Assembly (NCBI RefSeq): GCF_009914755.1
Contig: NC_060938.1
Source of the DNA: the human T2T-CHM13v2.0 reference genome, Homo sapiens
Length of the DNA stretch: 64,000 nt
Direction: 5' to 3' (one strand)
Shown here one piece after another: positions 26,509 to 39,935 of the stretch; the first letter of the stretch is position 1; every line of letters starts with the position of its first letter. The notes under the pieces were generated by a model. The model had not been told where the DNA came from. It did no database searches and was given only the letters and a program-made list of their open reading frames with translations. Position numbers and translations under genes: made by a program.

Positions 26509-27533
26509 TTATATTTTGTTGTGTTTTTGCAGTGGTTGGTGTCAGTTTTTCCTTTCCATATGTAGTGCTTCTTTCAGGAGCTCTTGCAGGTCAGACCCGG
26601 TGGTAACAAAATCCATCAGCATTTGCTTGTCTGGAAAGGATTTTGTTTCTCCTTCACTCACAGAGCTTAGTTTGGCCAGATATGAAATTCTGGATTAAAA
26701 ATTCTTTTCTTTAAGAATGTTGAATGTTGGCCCCCACTCTCTTCTGGCTTGTAGAGTTTCTGCAGAGAGATCCACTGTTTGTCTGATGGGCTTCCCTTTG
26801 TAGGTGACCTGCCCTCTCTCTCTGGCTGCCCTTAACAGTTTTTCCTTCATTTCGACTTTGGAGAACTCGATGATTATGTGTCTTGGGGTTGATCTTCTCT
26901 TGGAGTATCTTAATGGTGTTCTCTGTATCTCCTGAATTTGCATGTTGGCCTGTCTTGCTAGATAGGGGAAGTTCTCCTGGATAATATTCTGAAGTGTGTC
27001 TTCCAGCTTGTTTCCATTCTCTCTGTCTCCTTCTGGTACTCCAATCAATTGTAGGTTTGGTCTTTTTATTAGGTCCCATATTTCTTTGTGCCTTTGTTCA
27101 TTACTTTACACTCTTTTTTCTCTATTCTCATCTGCACCTCTAATTTCAGTAAGGTGGCCTTCAAACTCTGATATCCTTTCTTCTGCTTGGTCTATCTGGC
27201 TGTTGATACTTGTGTATGTTTAACAAAGTTCTCATGCTGTGTTTTTAAGCTCCATCAGGTCATTTATTTTCCTCTCTAAACTGGTAATTCTAGTTAGCAA
27301 TTCTTCTAACCTTTTATCACGGCTCTTAGCTTCTTTGCATTGGGTTAGAACATGCTCCATAGCTCATCATAGTTTTTTATTACCCATCTTCTGAAGGCTG
27401 CTTCTGTCATTTGGCACATCTGATCCTCCATCCAGTTCTGCACCCTTGATGGAGAGACGTTGCGATCATTTAGAGAAGAAGCACTCTGGCCTTTTGGGTT
27501 TTCAACACTTTTTCATTGATTCTTTCTCATCTT
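26509..27533 (-). pseudogene. Disrupted L1 ORF1 (RNA-binding chaperone)
   Basis: IGVPEGD...LQNIIQENFP...TPRHII...ETLQARREWG; early stop (ATG AGA AAG AAT CAA TGA). Confidence 0.9.
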
Positions 27534-28689
27534 CATGAGTTTGTCTAGTTTCAGTCTTTGAGCCTGCTTATCCTTTAATGGGGTTTTGTGGGGGCCTTTT
27601 TGTTGTTGTTGTTGTTGATACAGTCGTTGTTGCTTTCTGCTTGTTTGTTTTTCTTTCAATAGTCAGGTCCCACTTCTGTAGGCTTGCAGTTTGCTGGGGG
27701 TTCACTTCAGGCCCTATTCAACTGATTCACTCTTGTGCCTGGAGATGTCACTCAAGGAGGCTAGAGAGTAGCAAAGATGGGTGCCTACTTCTTCTTCTGG
27801 GACCTCTGACCTCAAGGGGCACCAACCTGATGCCAGTAGGATTGCTCCTGTGTAGGCTGTCTGACAACCCCTGTTAGAGGGTCTTACCCAGTTTGGTGGC
27901 ACAGGGAGCAGGACCCGTTTAATGAATCACACTTTGTCCCTTGGTGGAGAGGGTGTGTTTCACTCAGGGGAAACCCACTCACCTGGGCTGCCCAGATTCC
28001 TCAGAACTACCAGGAGGAGAGGCTAAGTGTGCTGGTCTGCAGAGACTGTGGCCACCCCTTCCCCTAGGGGCTCAGCCCCAGGGAGATCCAAATTCTGTCC
28101 CTGAGCCTCTAGCTGGAGTTATTGGAGTTCCTGTGGGGAAGCCCTGCCCATGGAGGAAGGATGGGTCAGAGTTAGGCCTGATGAGGCACTCTGGCCACAG
28201 ATTGCCACAGCTAGTGTGTTGGGCTGTAGGGACAAGTCTTGGGACCAAGCCGTCCAGCCTTCCTGGCTTCAGTAGGGGAAAAACAGCCTGGAGCTATAGA
28301 AATGGGTGCTGCCCTTCCTCCACCCAGGGAGCTAGGCGAGTTAGGCTGTTGTGATTCACAGTGCTGGCTGCTGCTCCTCCCCCAAGGAGCTCAAACAGCT
28401 TAGACATTAGGTTGCCGCCAGTGCTCCTTCAATGGATTTTCTACAACATACCTACAACCATTTAAAAAATGTGTTGTCAGTGAAAAAGTATTTTCGTTTG
28501 ATGATTGTGGAACCAAGAGGATCCCAAGAACATTTCAGGGATTTATTAATTTAAACTTATATATTGGTAAGAAATCCATTAAAGGACAAAATAGCCCATA
28601 GATTTTAATAGCTTTATAATCACCTTAAGCTAGATCACATGGTTATATATACTTTCTACCTTGTACATTATTATAAATGACAGTCCTGC

Positions 28690-29398
28690 TAAACTTTCTG
28701 CCACTATTTAGTAATTATACCTTACCTCTAGTTTCCAATAAGATTTTCTTCACTTCCCTTTAAGTCTTTACTGATAGTCACCTCAAAGTCCAAATTTTAT
28801 GAATAATTTGTTCAAGGTTCATTAAGTGTTTGCTAATATTATCATCAAAGTCCACTGCCCTGTTTCAAAGCAATTTCTTCGTTTTAAGTTTTTGATATGG
28901 TAGCATCCGATTTTGTTACTAAAATCTGTATTACTTCTCTATTGCTGTGTAACAAATCACCCCCAAAATTAGTGGCTTTAAACAACAAATACTTACTATT
29001 TCATGTTTTCTGTGGGTGAGGATTTTAGGATTACCTTAGTTCGATATCTCTCATGAAGTTGCTATCAAGATATTGCCTAGGCTGCAGTCATCTGAAAGTT
29101 GAGTGGTGCTGAATGACCTTTGTCCAAAGTGGGTCAGCTACATCGCTGTTGGCAGATGGGCTCAGATCCTTGTAGCCATCATTATAGGCCCAATAGGTTG
29201 CCTGAGTTTCCCCATGGCATAGCGGCTGACTACCAGTAGAGTGAGTGATCCAAGTGAGAGAATCTAGGAAATGACATAGCATCACTTCTTCTACGCCCTG
29301 TGAGTCATAACCCTGAAAAACGTGAGACGGGATTACACAAAAGTGTAAATACCTGAAACAGGAATTTTTGTAGGCAAAGTTGGAGGCTGACTACCACA
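28690..29398 (-). mobile_element. MLT1F-type MaLR LTR (28927-29398) plus adjacent internal fragment
   Basis: 'tgtattacttctctattgctgtgtaacaaatcacccccaaaattagtggc...ggaggctgactaccaca'; the left flank resembles MLT1-int. Confidence 0.75.
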
Positions 29399-29399
29399 T

Positions 29400-31560
29400 A
29401 CACTTTTGCAATCCATGTGCTCCTCTGCACATGACCACATGGAACCATTGATTTGCTTTTTATCACTATAAGCTACTTTGCACTTTTTAACATTTTCAAT
29501 AAATGAGTATGTACCCTTTTGTGTCTAGCTTCTATCACTCAGCATAATTTTGAAATTTATCTATATTGAAGAGTTTATGAGTCATTTTTTCTTTTTTATT
29601 GCTATGAGTTTCACTGTGGAAATCCTACACATTGTATCTATCTATTTACTTGTTCTTCAATATTTGAATTTTTACCAGGTTTTTATATTACAAATAAAGC
29701 TTCTATAAATATCTGTGTCTGTCACACACTTTATGTGAACGTATAACTTTATTTTTTTTGGGCAAAGACTTAGGAATGGAATGACTGTGTCCTATGGTAG
29801 GTACATGGTTAATTTTTAAAGAAACTGCCAAACTTTTCCAAAGTGCTGTACCATGTTACAGTAATATATGAGAGTGCCAATTGTTTTACACCCTTGACAC
29901 CATGTCATATTTGTAGTTTTCTTAAGCTATTCTAATATCTCTATAATGGTGTCATATTATAGTTTAAAGTTGCATTTCTCTGATGACTTTTCATTTGCTT
30001 AATTACTACTATGTGTGTTTTTCCTTTCTTTTTCCTCTTTCTCTTTCCTCTTCCTCCTCTCCTTGATCCTCTCTTTCTCCTTTCTTTTCTACTTCTCCTC
30101 TTTTGCTGTTCAAATTATTTGGCCAGTGTAAGAGTTTATACAAATTAGATTAAAGTCCTTGGTGAGGTAAGATATTAATGTTTTCTCCCATTATCTGGCC
30201 ACCTTTTCACTTTCTTAATGTTTTATTTTCAAGAGAAATATATTACATTTTAATAAAGGCCAATTTTTTCAACATTTTATTTTACAGGTCCTATCTAAAA
30301 AAGCCTTTGCCTGCTTCCAGGCTGTAAAGATTTTATCTTTAGTTGTCTTTTAGAAGTTTTATATTTTTTACTTTTATATTTAGTTATATTCCCCTTTTTG
30401 AGTAAATTCTGTAGGCTGTCAGGTTAAGGGTTGATGTTCATTACTTCACAGATACCTACTTCCATCAGTTTTTTTTTTAAAAACTTGCTTTAAAAATCTT
30501 GATTCAAAATCTTTGACCATATATTTATACAACGATTTCTGGACTCTACATTGTTCAACTGACTCATATATCCTTTGTTATGCTAATACCACACAGCCTT
30601 TATTATTGTAGCTTTATATTGTGGTTTTGAAGGTTAATGTAAATTATCAAGCTTGGTTTTTATTTTGTAAAATTGCTTTGGACTTTCTAGGTTTTTTTTC
30701 CATCTCAATATAAATGTTATAATAAGCTTATCAAGTATTTCCAAAAATCTTGTTAGAATTTGGGGGTAATTGCTTTGCATTTGTAGATCTATTTGAAGAG
30801 AATCAGTGTTTAAAAAATATTGAGTTTTTCCTTCATTAACATGGTATATCTCCTCATATAGGTATTCTTTAATTTCTCTTAGCAATGTTTTACAGATCTG
30901 AGTGTAGATGTCTCATAAATATTTTTTCTAAATTTTATTATTAGGTTTTTATTCTGATAGATATTTTAAAATTATGCTTTCCAATTGCTTATTGTTAGTA
31001 TATAAAATATTATTGAGTTTTATACCTTAACAATGTTACATTTACTTATTAATTCTAATAAATTTTTAAGACCCTGAGGATTTTTTTATTAAAACAATCA
31101 TGTCATGTATAAATAGAAGCAATTTTATTTCTTCCATTTTGATTCTTACTACTGTTATTTCTTTGTCTTGCCTTGTTCCGATGGCTAAACATTTCATACC
31201 CCGTAAAAAAGAAGTTATTTTAAATCTTCTATGTGTGTGAGAGAGGAAGGTGGCATTAGTATTAAGCATTGCTCCACTGTATATTATATTAACTGTAGAA
31301 TTTTTATAGATGACTTTTATAAGACAGAGGTAGTTCCCTTCTATTCATAGTTTGCTGGTAACTTTTACCATGAATTGGTGATGAGTTTTGTCAAATAATT
31401 TCTCTGCCTCTGTTGAATTGATTATATGGTTGTTCTCCTTTATTTTGTTATTTTGTGAATTACATTGAACTCTTTGGAAGACTACTACTTGATTATAATG
31501 CATTATATATTGGTGGATTTCATTTGCTATAATTTTTAAAGATTATTACATCTATGTTCA
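29400..31560 (-). mobile_element. Old L1M (L1MD/ME) 3' UTR and ORF2 fragment
   Basis: Antisense L1 motifs; decayed RT peptide 'EEIKLLLFIHDMIV'; CT-rich tract at ~30020-30110. Confidence 0.8.
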
Positions 31561-32179
31561 CAAAGGCTATTATTATTCCATAATTTTTCATGATTTTATC
31601 TTTACTGCTTTCAAGATTTTATTTAATCTTTGGTTTTCGTCAGTTTGACTATGGTATTTCTAGGCGAGTTTTTCCTGTTTCTCTTATTTGAAGTTTGCTG
31701 TTATTTAAACTGTAAATTGATATTTTTCAACAAATTTAAGAAGATTTTTGTCATTTAAAAAAATATTTCATTCTGAGACTCCACTTTTACAAATGTTGGA
31801 GATTCCTCTGATTCTGTTTGTTCATTATGAATGTACTTTTCTTTATTTCATTGAGCACACTTGTGATAGCTGTTCTAAAGTTCTAGTTTAATAATTCCAA
31901 TATCTGGATTATATTGGAGCTGGCCTGTGTTAATTATATTTTCCCTTAAGAAAACATGATGTGCTTTGGTTGTTTGCAAGATGTTGTTTTAGATTTTATC
32001 ATGGAAGTGTTGAATGTCAAATATGGATTCTATTACATTGCTTCAAAAAGCAGTAGCTATTTTTTTAACAGGCAGTTGGTTAGATTCACACTACAAATGC
32101 TATCACACCTGCTTATATCACATTTGAGACTTATTTGCAAACTGCTTTGAGACATGTCTGCATATTCATTGTTCAGGGC

Positions 32180-32728
32180 TGTAATATACTACGAAACATA
32201 TTGTCCATCTAAGATTAATGATCGTCATAACGCCCACTCAAGCATCTTGCAGAATAGATACAATGTGTTACCTTGTAGTATGATGGAAGCTGGTCCAGGA
32301 ATTTCTAACTCTGGTCTGAGGATTTCCAAGAACAAAAAAAAAAATCATCTCAGCACAGATGCAACTTTCATGAACCTTAAAACAAAGCTTACCCTTACAG
32401 GAATAGCTTAAACTCCCTTTGTGAAAGAATCACCTGGTAAGTGGTCCAGACTGAATACAGGTGTAAAAAAGAGAGAAGAATCCCCCAGACTCTGAGAATA
32501 GTCTCCAGATGGAGACTCTCTGGTTAGGCAGTCATATGGCCCCTGCATTTGGTCCATGTCACTGGCCTGCACCTGCTATTCATCTTTTAATAGCACTGCC
32601 AGAATAAACTGCTGGAACATCAAACGGTGCCTAAAGCTCATCTTTGATGTGAGTTGAGCTGAAAGGAAAAATTTGTCCCTGGGGCAAGCTAGTTAAATTG
32701 GACCACCCAAAGAGCTCTGAACATGACA
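32180..32728 (+). mobile_element. MER89-type ERV1 solo LTR
   Basis: TG...CA ends; 'aataaactgctggaacatcaaacggtgcctaaagctcatctttgatgtga...ggaccaccc...aacatgaca'. Sits within old L1M-like sequence. Confidence 0.7.
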
Positions 32729-33584
32729 AAGAGTCAAACAGCAACTTCAGCAGAGTTTACACATATAACCCAGGGCACTCTTTCTTTGGCTCCTTCCTTT
32801 CCAGGATCCCTACGGCCTCAATTTCCAGCAGATGTGGTCACTTCAGACTCTGTTACCTGGTTAATTATGCTAGAAATAGAGAGGATTTTATAATAAAGTT
32901 TCATCCACCTTGTATCATGCCACAATTATGGCCAATCTTCAAGCCAGTCCAAAAAAAATTAGAAACCCATTTTTTTCTGATTTGTTATATCAGGTTTGGA
33001 CCCCTATCCAAAATCAGTTTTAATTTTTTCCACTCTCTGTAGCCTTGGCTAGTTTTTGTGTGTGTGTTCAAATCTGAGTTACATTTGTTCTCTGCAGTAG
33101 GGTTTTCTTAGGGACGTACTCTGCCATATAGGAAGCAGAAGCGCTAATGTTACTTAGCATTTGAGTCTTCAAATAATAATAAATTTCTGGAAGATAATAA
33201 AATGAAATATAAGATTGGAAAACAGTGTCTGCTTCTCAGTATTGAAAATGTAGAGGACACAGTATTAAATATATTTGAAAATCATATATAATATAAGCGC
33301 TGTGATCTTCCAAGGTGTTTCTAAGATGAGTAGTTAAATGGATTTAAAGGTAGACTTGGGAGTTCGGATTCAAGTGTGTGTCATGATATGTGTGGAATGT
33401 ATTTGTCCATGTATGTGTTGGTTCAGATACTTTTAAGAAGGAGAAGGAAAAAAATAGAGGTAATTTATTAGGGAGAAGGATACATGACATTATTGACTAA
33501 GGTTCCAAGGCTGTAAACAATTAGGCATGGATTTAAATTATGTACAATGATAGTGATAATGGTAGGAAATATAGCCATAATAAT

Positions 33585-33800
33585 TTTAGCTAATATTTAT
33601 TATTCTTTTGTTTGTGAAACATCATGTTAATCGGTTTGCACAGTTTTTTAGATAACTTTCAGATAATTCTACAAGAAGGGGAGCTATTATCTCAGTTTTA
33701 CAAATGAGAAAATCTGGGTGTAGAGAGATTTGCTAACTTTCCAAAGATCTTAAAACTAGTAGAGAACAGGAATTTGAATCCAGTTTTGAGCTTTAACAAT
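33585..33800 (-). mobile_element. MIR SINE
   Basis: 'ctattatctcagttttacaaatgagaaaa...gctaactttccaaagatc...ggaatttgaatccag'. Confidence 0.8.
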
Positions 33801-35072
33801 TTTTTATATGCTATAGACCAGATGTTTGACTCAATTTCTCCTTGTAGTACTTGACCCAAAAATCATTTTCAATGTACTCTTATTACTAGGTTTTATCTGG
33901 GATAACATGCTGTCGTTCACTATTAGCCCACGTTAATAGTCAGATACTACATTATAGACATGTTTAAAAAGAAATTTTAGTCATTTAGCCTTGTAACTTA
34001 AAATTTTTCGGAGTTATTTTCTGTGTAAGTATCTGAAAACCCTGTCAATATAAATAGCTTTTTTTCTGCTAGCTCAAGTACAAAATCTATGTGCCAGGTG
34101 TTGACCTTGTTAAATTACTGGTGAAAACATGTTTTTGTCAGCTGCTAGAGGAAACTTCTGAGGTGCTACCTCTGGTTTGACAATTATTTTTAATATTATA
34201 AATTAATGTGTAGAAGGAAAAGAGCAATATGCACAAGCAAGCTAAACTTAAAAAATACTGAATTTAAAATAACTGAGTACAGGGCTTATGATAACAAAGG
34301 ATGAGTAAATGCTATAAATTAATTGATGTAATCCTCTTTGAAAATTCACATTATTTAAAAACAAAGACAATGTAACCTAAAGAACCACTGTTATTTAATA
34401 AAGATTTTTAAATAAGTTTAGCTCCTTTCTCTGCTTTGAAAAATTTGTCAACTTTACCTGAAGGTGACCTCTGAGACCATTTGTGTGTGAAATTTCTCTT
34501 CTACTCTTTTCTCAATTGTACATTCACCTTGTTCTAGCCTGAAAAATGTGTATCCAATTGTCAAAATGATTCTTTTGGGTAATTAAAAAATATTTTTTAA
34601 GAAGATATGAGAAAATGATATAGTACAACTATCTACTTTTTATTGTTGTTGTTGTTGGCTTTTACATGTTTGGGCCATATTTACAATTATTTTCATTACA
34701 CTGAGACCTTTTTTTCTTCTTTCTTTTGGTAGAGGTGAATGATTGCATGGTGTACCTCAAGAAACCAAATAATTGGTGGCAGCATATAATGTTTAAATTT
34801 ATCGAACAAGTTTAAAGCCTCTTTCAGGAGAAAGCAAACAATCATAATGTTATAGGCATTTGCAGGTATTTCAGTAGGGCTGGAAGTTATCAACACTGTT
34901 TCTAAGTGTCCATCTACAGCACTGATGAAATAATACCTAAGGGTCTACATAAACTTTTAAACGAAGAAACAACATGCTTGGCCCAATGAGAATTTTAGAC
35001 TCTTTTCTCTGATAAAATAGGAAAGAGCTGAAAAAGAGGTAGGCTTTCAGGCAAAAATTACAACAGATCCAT

Positions 35073-36029
35073 TGTAGGGTCCAGCCCTACAGGGCTTTGC
35101 GGGTTTCTCCCCGTGTACGGAGACCAGAGATTGTAAGAAATAAAGACACAAGACAAAGAGCTAAGGAGAAAACAGCTGGGCCGGGGGGACCACTACCACC
35201 AAGACGCAGAAACAGTATTGCCCCCAAAGGGCTGGGCGTGCTGATACTTGTTGAATACAAGACTAGGGGGCAGGGTAAGGAGGGTGAGTTGTCCAAGTGA
35301 TTGATAAGGTCAAGCAAGTCACGTGATCATGGGACAGGGGGCCTTTCCCTTTTAGGTAGCCGAAGCAGAGGGGGAAGGCAGCATACATCAGAGTTTTCTT
35401 CTATGCACTTATGAGAAAGATCAAAGACTTCAAGACTTTCACTATTTCTTTTACCGCTATCTTCTAAGAACTTCAAAGAGGAACCAGGAGTATGGGAGGA
35501 ACGTGAAAGTGGACAAGGAGTGTGACCATTGAAGCACAGCTCCACAGGGAGGGGTTTAGGCCTCCGGATGACTGCGGACAGGCCTGGATAATATCCAGCC
35601 TCCCACAAGAAGCTGGTGGAGCAGAGTGTTCCCTGACTCCTCCAAGGAAAGGAAACTCCCTTTCACGGTCTGCTAAGTAACGGGTGCCTTCCCAGGCACA
35701 GGCATTACCGCTTGACCAAGGAGCCCTCAAGCGGCCCTTATGCGGGCGAGACAGAGGGCTCACCTCTTGCCTTCTAGGTCACTTTTCACAATGTCCCTTC
35801 AGTACCTGACCCTATACCTGCCAGTTATTCCTTGGTAATATGAGTAATACAACAAAGAGTAATATTAAAAGCTATTAATGTTTATACTAATGATTGATAA
35901 TTGTCCATGATCATCTCTGTATCTAATTTGTATTATAACTATTCTTATTCTAACTATTTTCTTTATTATACTGAAACAGTGTGTGCCTTCAGTCTCTTGC
36001 CTCCGCACCTGGGTAATCCTTCGCCCACA
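35073..36029 (-). mobile_element. LTR13A solo LTR (ERVK class)
   Basis: Minus strand starts TGTGGGCGAAGGATTACCCAGGTGC; 957 bp; perfect 6-bp TSD ATCCAT at 35067-35072 and 36030-36035. Confidence 0.92.
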
Positions 36030-36269
36030 ATCCATATTCTGAACTCTTTTATATGCCTATTAGTAGAATCATTACGTGTGATGAGTTGGAAGAAAGGGAA
36101 GCAAAAGTAGTTTTTGTTCTCACAGAGAAGTACAAACATATACTTGTATTTGTCCAAGCGACAGGAAGAATACTCTGTAAGTGATAACCTCAGTCTTTGT
36201 TTCTTCATGAACAACTCATTTCAAGTGTAACGCTGAAAAATCTGTATGAAATATTCCAGAAAAGAAAAG

Positions 36270-36490
36270 ACTGCGGATATGGCACTTTGATAGAATCAAC
36301 ACCCTGTTTTTGAATCTAGGGTTCACTGCTAACTTTGTGGCTTCTTTGTGTCTCAACATTCCCATTTGTAAAGTGGGCCTAATATTGGTAATTATTTTGT
36401 AGGATAGCTATGGGAATTAAGGAAGATAATTCATGCAAAGCATTTAGAACAATGCCTAGAACTTAGTGAGCAGTTAGTAAATACTGGATG
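36270..36490 (+). mobile_element. MIR SINE
   Basis: 'cccatttgtaaagtggg...gcaaagcatttagaacaatgcctag...tagtgagc'. Confidence 0.8.
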
Positions 36491-37613
36491 TTACAAATTC
36501 TATACTGCTGTGTTTCAAAATGAAAATTCTTACATGAACTTCCCAAATATGTGCCATATTTGTTCTCTCTTCCCCTCGTTTCCGCTCAATGGACATAGGA
36601 CTCTTCTCAGGTGTACTGTCTCCTAATAGAGCAGTGAGGATGAGTGTGACAATTAGGTGCATTGGAGAAGTTAACTCAAGAGCTTGTCAGGGTGAGATGA
36701 GGAGCTGGAACTTTAAAGTGATAGCAAAAGATTACTAAGTTGAGTGACTGAAATTTCCATAACAACAACAACAACAACAAAGATAGCACAGAAAGGAGGA
36801 AAGGAAAGGATATGAAAGAGAAGGGAAGGGATGGGGAAAAAAAAAAGACTCTAGCAATGCCATGATTCCTGGAGCATTCCTGAAGAGATGAAAATCTAGA
36901 GCTATTGAGTGTATATTTAGGCCTCTAAATAGATGGTTAAATCAGCACATTGTGGGAAATAAAATACTTGTGTTGCTGTGTTGCTGTTGGAATAAAGCAT
37001 TCAATATTAAACTTTTGGTAGATAAAATTGGCTAGTAATTATCTTCTAAAAAATGACTTTCCTCTAAATGTATATTACTAACATAAGCACCAGATTTGTA
37101 ATAGAATAGCTATCTCTTGTTAGCATTTTTAAGATTTCATAGGAAAAAGTCTGGAAGGGGCAGACTGTATTATTTATACATAAACTTACAGATCCCAAGG
37201 TTTTCTTCGTTTCATAGTTTAAAGAACAGTAGAAAGAAGAAGATGGTAGTGTCAAAGCAAAAATTGCACCAGGCAATGCTAAACAGGTAAGGAAGACTTT
37301 ATAGAAGGATCTTGCAATAAAAGAGAGAGACCAAGATGCAGTTTGAATTCAAGAGGTAAAGACTTTTTAAGAACTGGGACTGGGAGGAACATAGCCCATC
37401 TGTGTTTGCTAATTGACTTTACCCAAAAAAACTTTCTGGTATCATCATGACAGGAGGTAGTTTCACAACTTGGAAGAGATATCAGTGAAGATAAGCTTCT
37501 ACATTCACAGAAAGACTGGGAGATAGAGCCACTATGTTCCTTGATGATTATATTTCAAAGAATGGCTCCAAGTTCCTAGAGAAAGACAGTCCTGAGTTAT
37601 AAAAATGGGAAAA

Positions 37614-39935
37614 GAGTTGTCTCTTCACTTTGTTGATTGGTTTCTTTGCTGTGGAGAAGCTTTTTAGCTTGATGTGATCCTATTTGTCCATTTTTGTATT
37701 TGGATGCCCGTGCTTTTGAGGTCTTATTCAAGAAATCTTTGCCCAGACCAATGTCCTGGTGTGTTTCCCCAATGTTTTCTTCAAGTAGTTTCATACTTGC
37801 AGGTCTTATTTAAGTCTTTTATCTATTTTGATTGGATTTTTGTATAAGGTGAAAGACACTGGTCCAATTTCATTGTTCTGAATATAGATATCCAGTTTTC
37901 CCAACACCATTTATTGAAGAGATTGTCCTTTTCCTAATGTATGCTCTTGGAACCTCTGTCAAAACGAGCTGACTGTAAATGTATGAATTTATATCTGAGT
38001 TCTCTATTCTGATTCATTGATCCACATGTCTGTTTTTGTGCCAGTACCATGCTGTTTTGGTTACTATAGCTCTGTAGTGTAATTTGAAGTCAGGTAATAA
38101 TTCCTACACTTTTGTTCTTTTTGCTTAGGATGGATTTAGCTATTTTGGGTCTTTTGTATAAATTTTAGGATAATTTTTTCTATTTCTGTGAAGAATATCA
38201 TTGGTATTTTGATAGAAATTGCTTTGAATCTGTAGATTGCTTTGGGTGGTATAGAAATTTTAACAGTGTTGATTTTTTCAATTTATTAGCATAGAATATG
38301 TTTCCATTTTTTTGTATGTCCCCTTCAATTTCTTCAGTGTTTTACAGTTTTCATTGTAGATATCTTTCAGTTTTTTGGTTAAATTTATTCCTATGTATTT
38401 TATATTATTTGTAGCTATTGTCAAATAGGATTACTTTCTTGGTTTCTTTTTCAGATCATTGCTGTTGGCATATAAAAATACTGCTGATTTTTGTATGTTG
38501 TTCTAGAATCCTGTAAGAATTTATTAGTTTTAACAGTATTTTTTTTTGGAATGTTTAGGTTTTTCTAAATAAAGTAAAAGTGAAGAGACAATCCACAGAG
38601 TGGAAGAAAATATTTACAAACTACTTATCTGACAAGCGATTAATAACCAGAATATATAAGGAACCCAAACAACTCAATTAAAAAAATCAAATAATCCAGT
38701 TAAAAATGGGCAAAATATTTGAACAGACATTTCTCAAAAGAAGAGAAATGGCCAAGAGCTATATGAAAAAAATGCTTAATATCACTAATTATCAGGGAAA
38801 AGCAAACCAAAACTACAATGAGATATTATCTCCTCCCAGTTAAAAAGGCTTTTATCTAAAAAACAGGCAATAACAAATGCTAGAGAGGATATGGAGAAAA
38901 GGGAACACTTGTACACTGTTGGTGGGAAGGTAAATTAGCATAACCACTATGGAGAACAGTTTGGAGGTTCCTCAAAAATGTGTATTGAAGGAATATTTGC
39001 ACTTGCATATCTGGGAATATCTGCAGCACTATTTAAAATAGCCAAGATCGGCTGGGTGCAGTGGCTCATGCCTGTAATCCCAGCACTTTGGGAGGCCAAG
39101 GCGGGCAGATCACGAGGTCAGGAGATCGAGACCATCCTGGCTAACACGGTGAAATCCCGTGTATACTAAAAAATACAAAAAATTAGCTGGGCGTGGCAGT
39201 GGGTGCCTGTAGCCCCAGCTACTCGGGAGGCTGAGGCAGGAGAATGGCATGAACTCGGGAGGCGGAGCTTGCAGTGAGCCGCCACTGCACTCCAGCCTGG
39301 GGGACAGAGCGAGACTCCCTCTCAAAAAATAAAATAAAATAAAATAGCCAAGATATAGAATCAACCCAAGGGCCCATGAATGGATGAATGTATAAAGAAA
39401 ATGTGGTACATATGCACACTGTAAAATATGTGTCAGACATAAAATGAATAAAATTCTGTCATTTGCAAAAGTAAGGATGTAACTGGAGGATATTTTGTTG
39501 AGTGAAATAAGCCAGGCATGGCAAGACAAATATCACAAGTTCTCACTCAAATGTGGAGCTAAAAGAATAATTGAACCTAGAGAACAGAGTAGAATGATGA
39601 TTACCAGAGGCTCAGAAGGATAGTGGGGAGAGAGACATAAAGTGGGCATGGTTAATGGGTACAAAACTACAATTAGAGTAAATTAGATCTAGTATAACAG
39701 ATCTAATATTGTAGCACAATAGGATGACTATAGTTAAAAATAATTTATTATACATTTTAAACAACTAAAAGAATAGAATTAAAATATTCTCAACACAAAA
39801 TGATAAATTCTTCAGATGACAGATACTCTGATTACTCTGATCATTATACATTGTATACCTGTATCAAAACATAACATTTAACCCATAAAAATAGACAACT
39901 ATTATGTACTCATAGTAATTAAAAATAAAAAAGAA
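37614..39935 (+). mobile_element. L1MA3/4-type LINE-1 with 5' inversion (37614-~38572 antisense; ~38577-39935 sense)
   Basis: Antisense ORF2 piece (MKLLEENIGETHQDIGLGKDFL) abuts the sense ORF2 end, 3' UTR and A-tail; 15 nt are shared at the inversion point. Confidence 0.9.
39050..39339 (+). mobile_element. AluY with 8-bp internal deletion
   Basis: AluY diagnostics; perfect 15-bp TSD taaaatagccaagat at 39034-39048 and 39340-39354; 'gagatcgc' is missing in the right arm. Confidence 0.96.

Larger units (their letters stand above)
22419..28428 (-). mobile_element. Near-full-length LINE-1, L1PA8
   Basis: 3' end 'atttcttctaaaaagaaaaaaatgggatacatg' is the L1PA8 signature as recalled; ORF2, ORF1 and a GC-rich 5' UTR are present; degenerate TSD aat(t/g)gattttcta at 22406-22418 and 28431-28443. 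Confidence 0.93.

Noticed and set aside
27578-28354. + strand ORFs (99 and 137 aa) antisense to the L1 5' UTR as possible L1 ORF0
   Set aside because: No resemblance to the ORF0 peptide (MAGAPPPASLPPCSL...); they look like chance frames in a GC-rich UTR.
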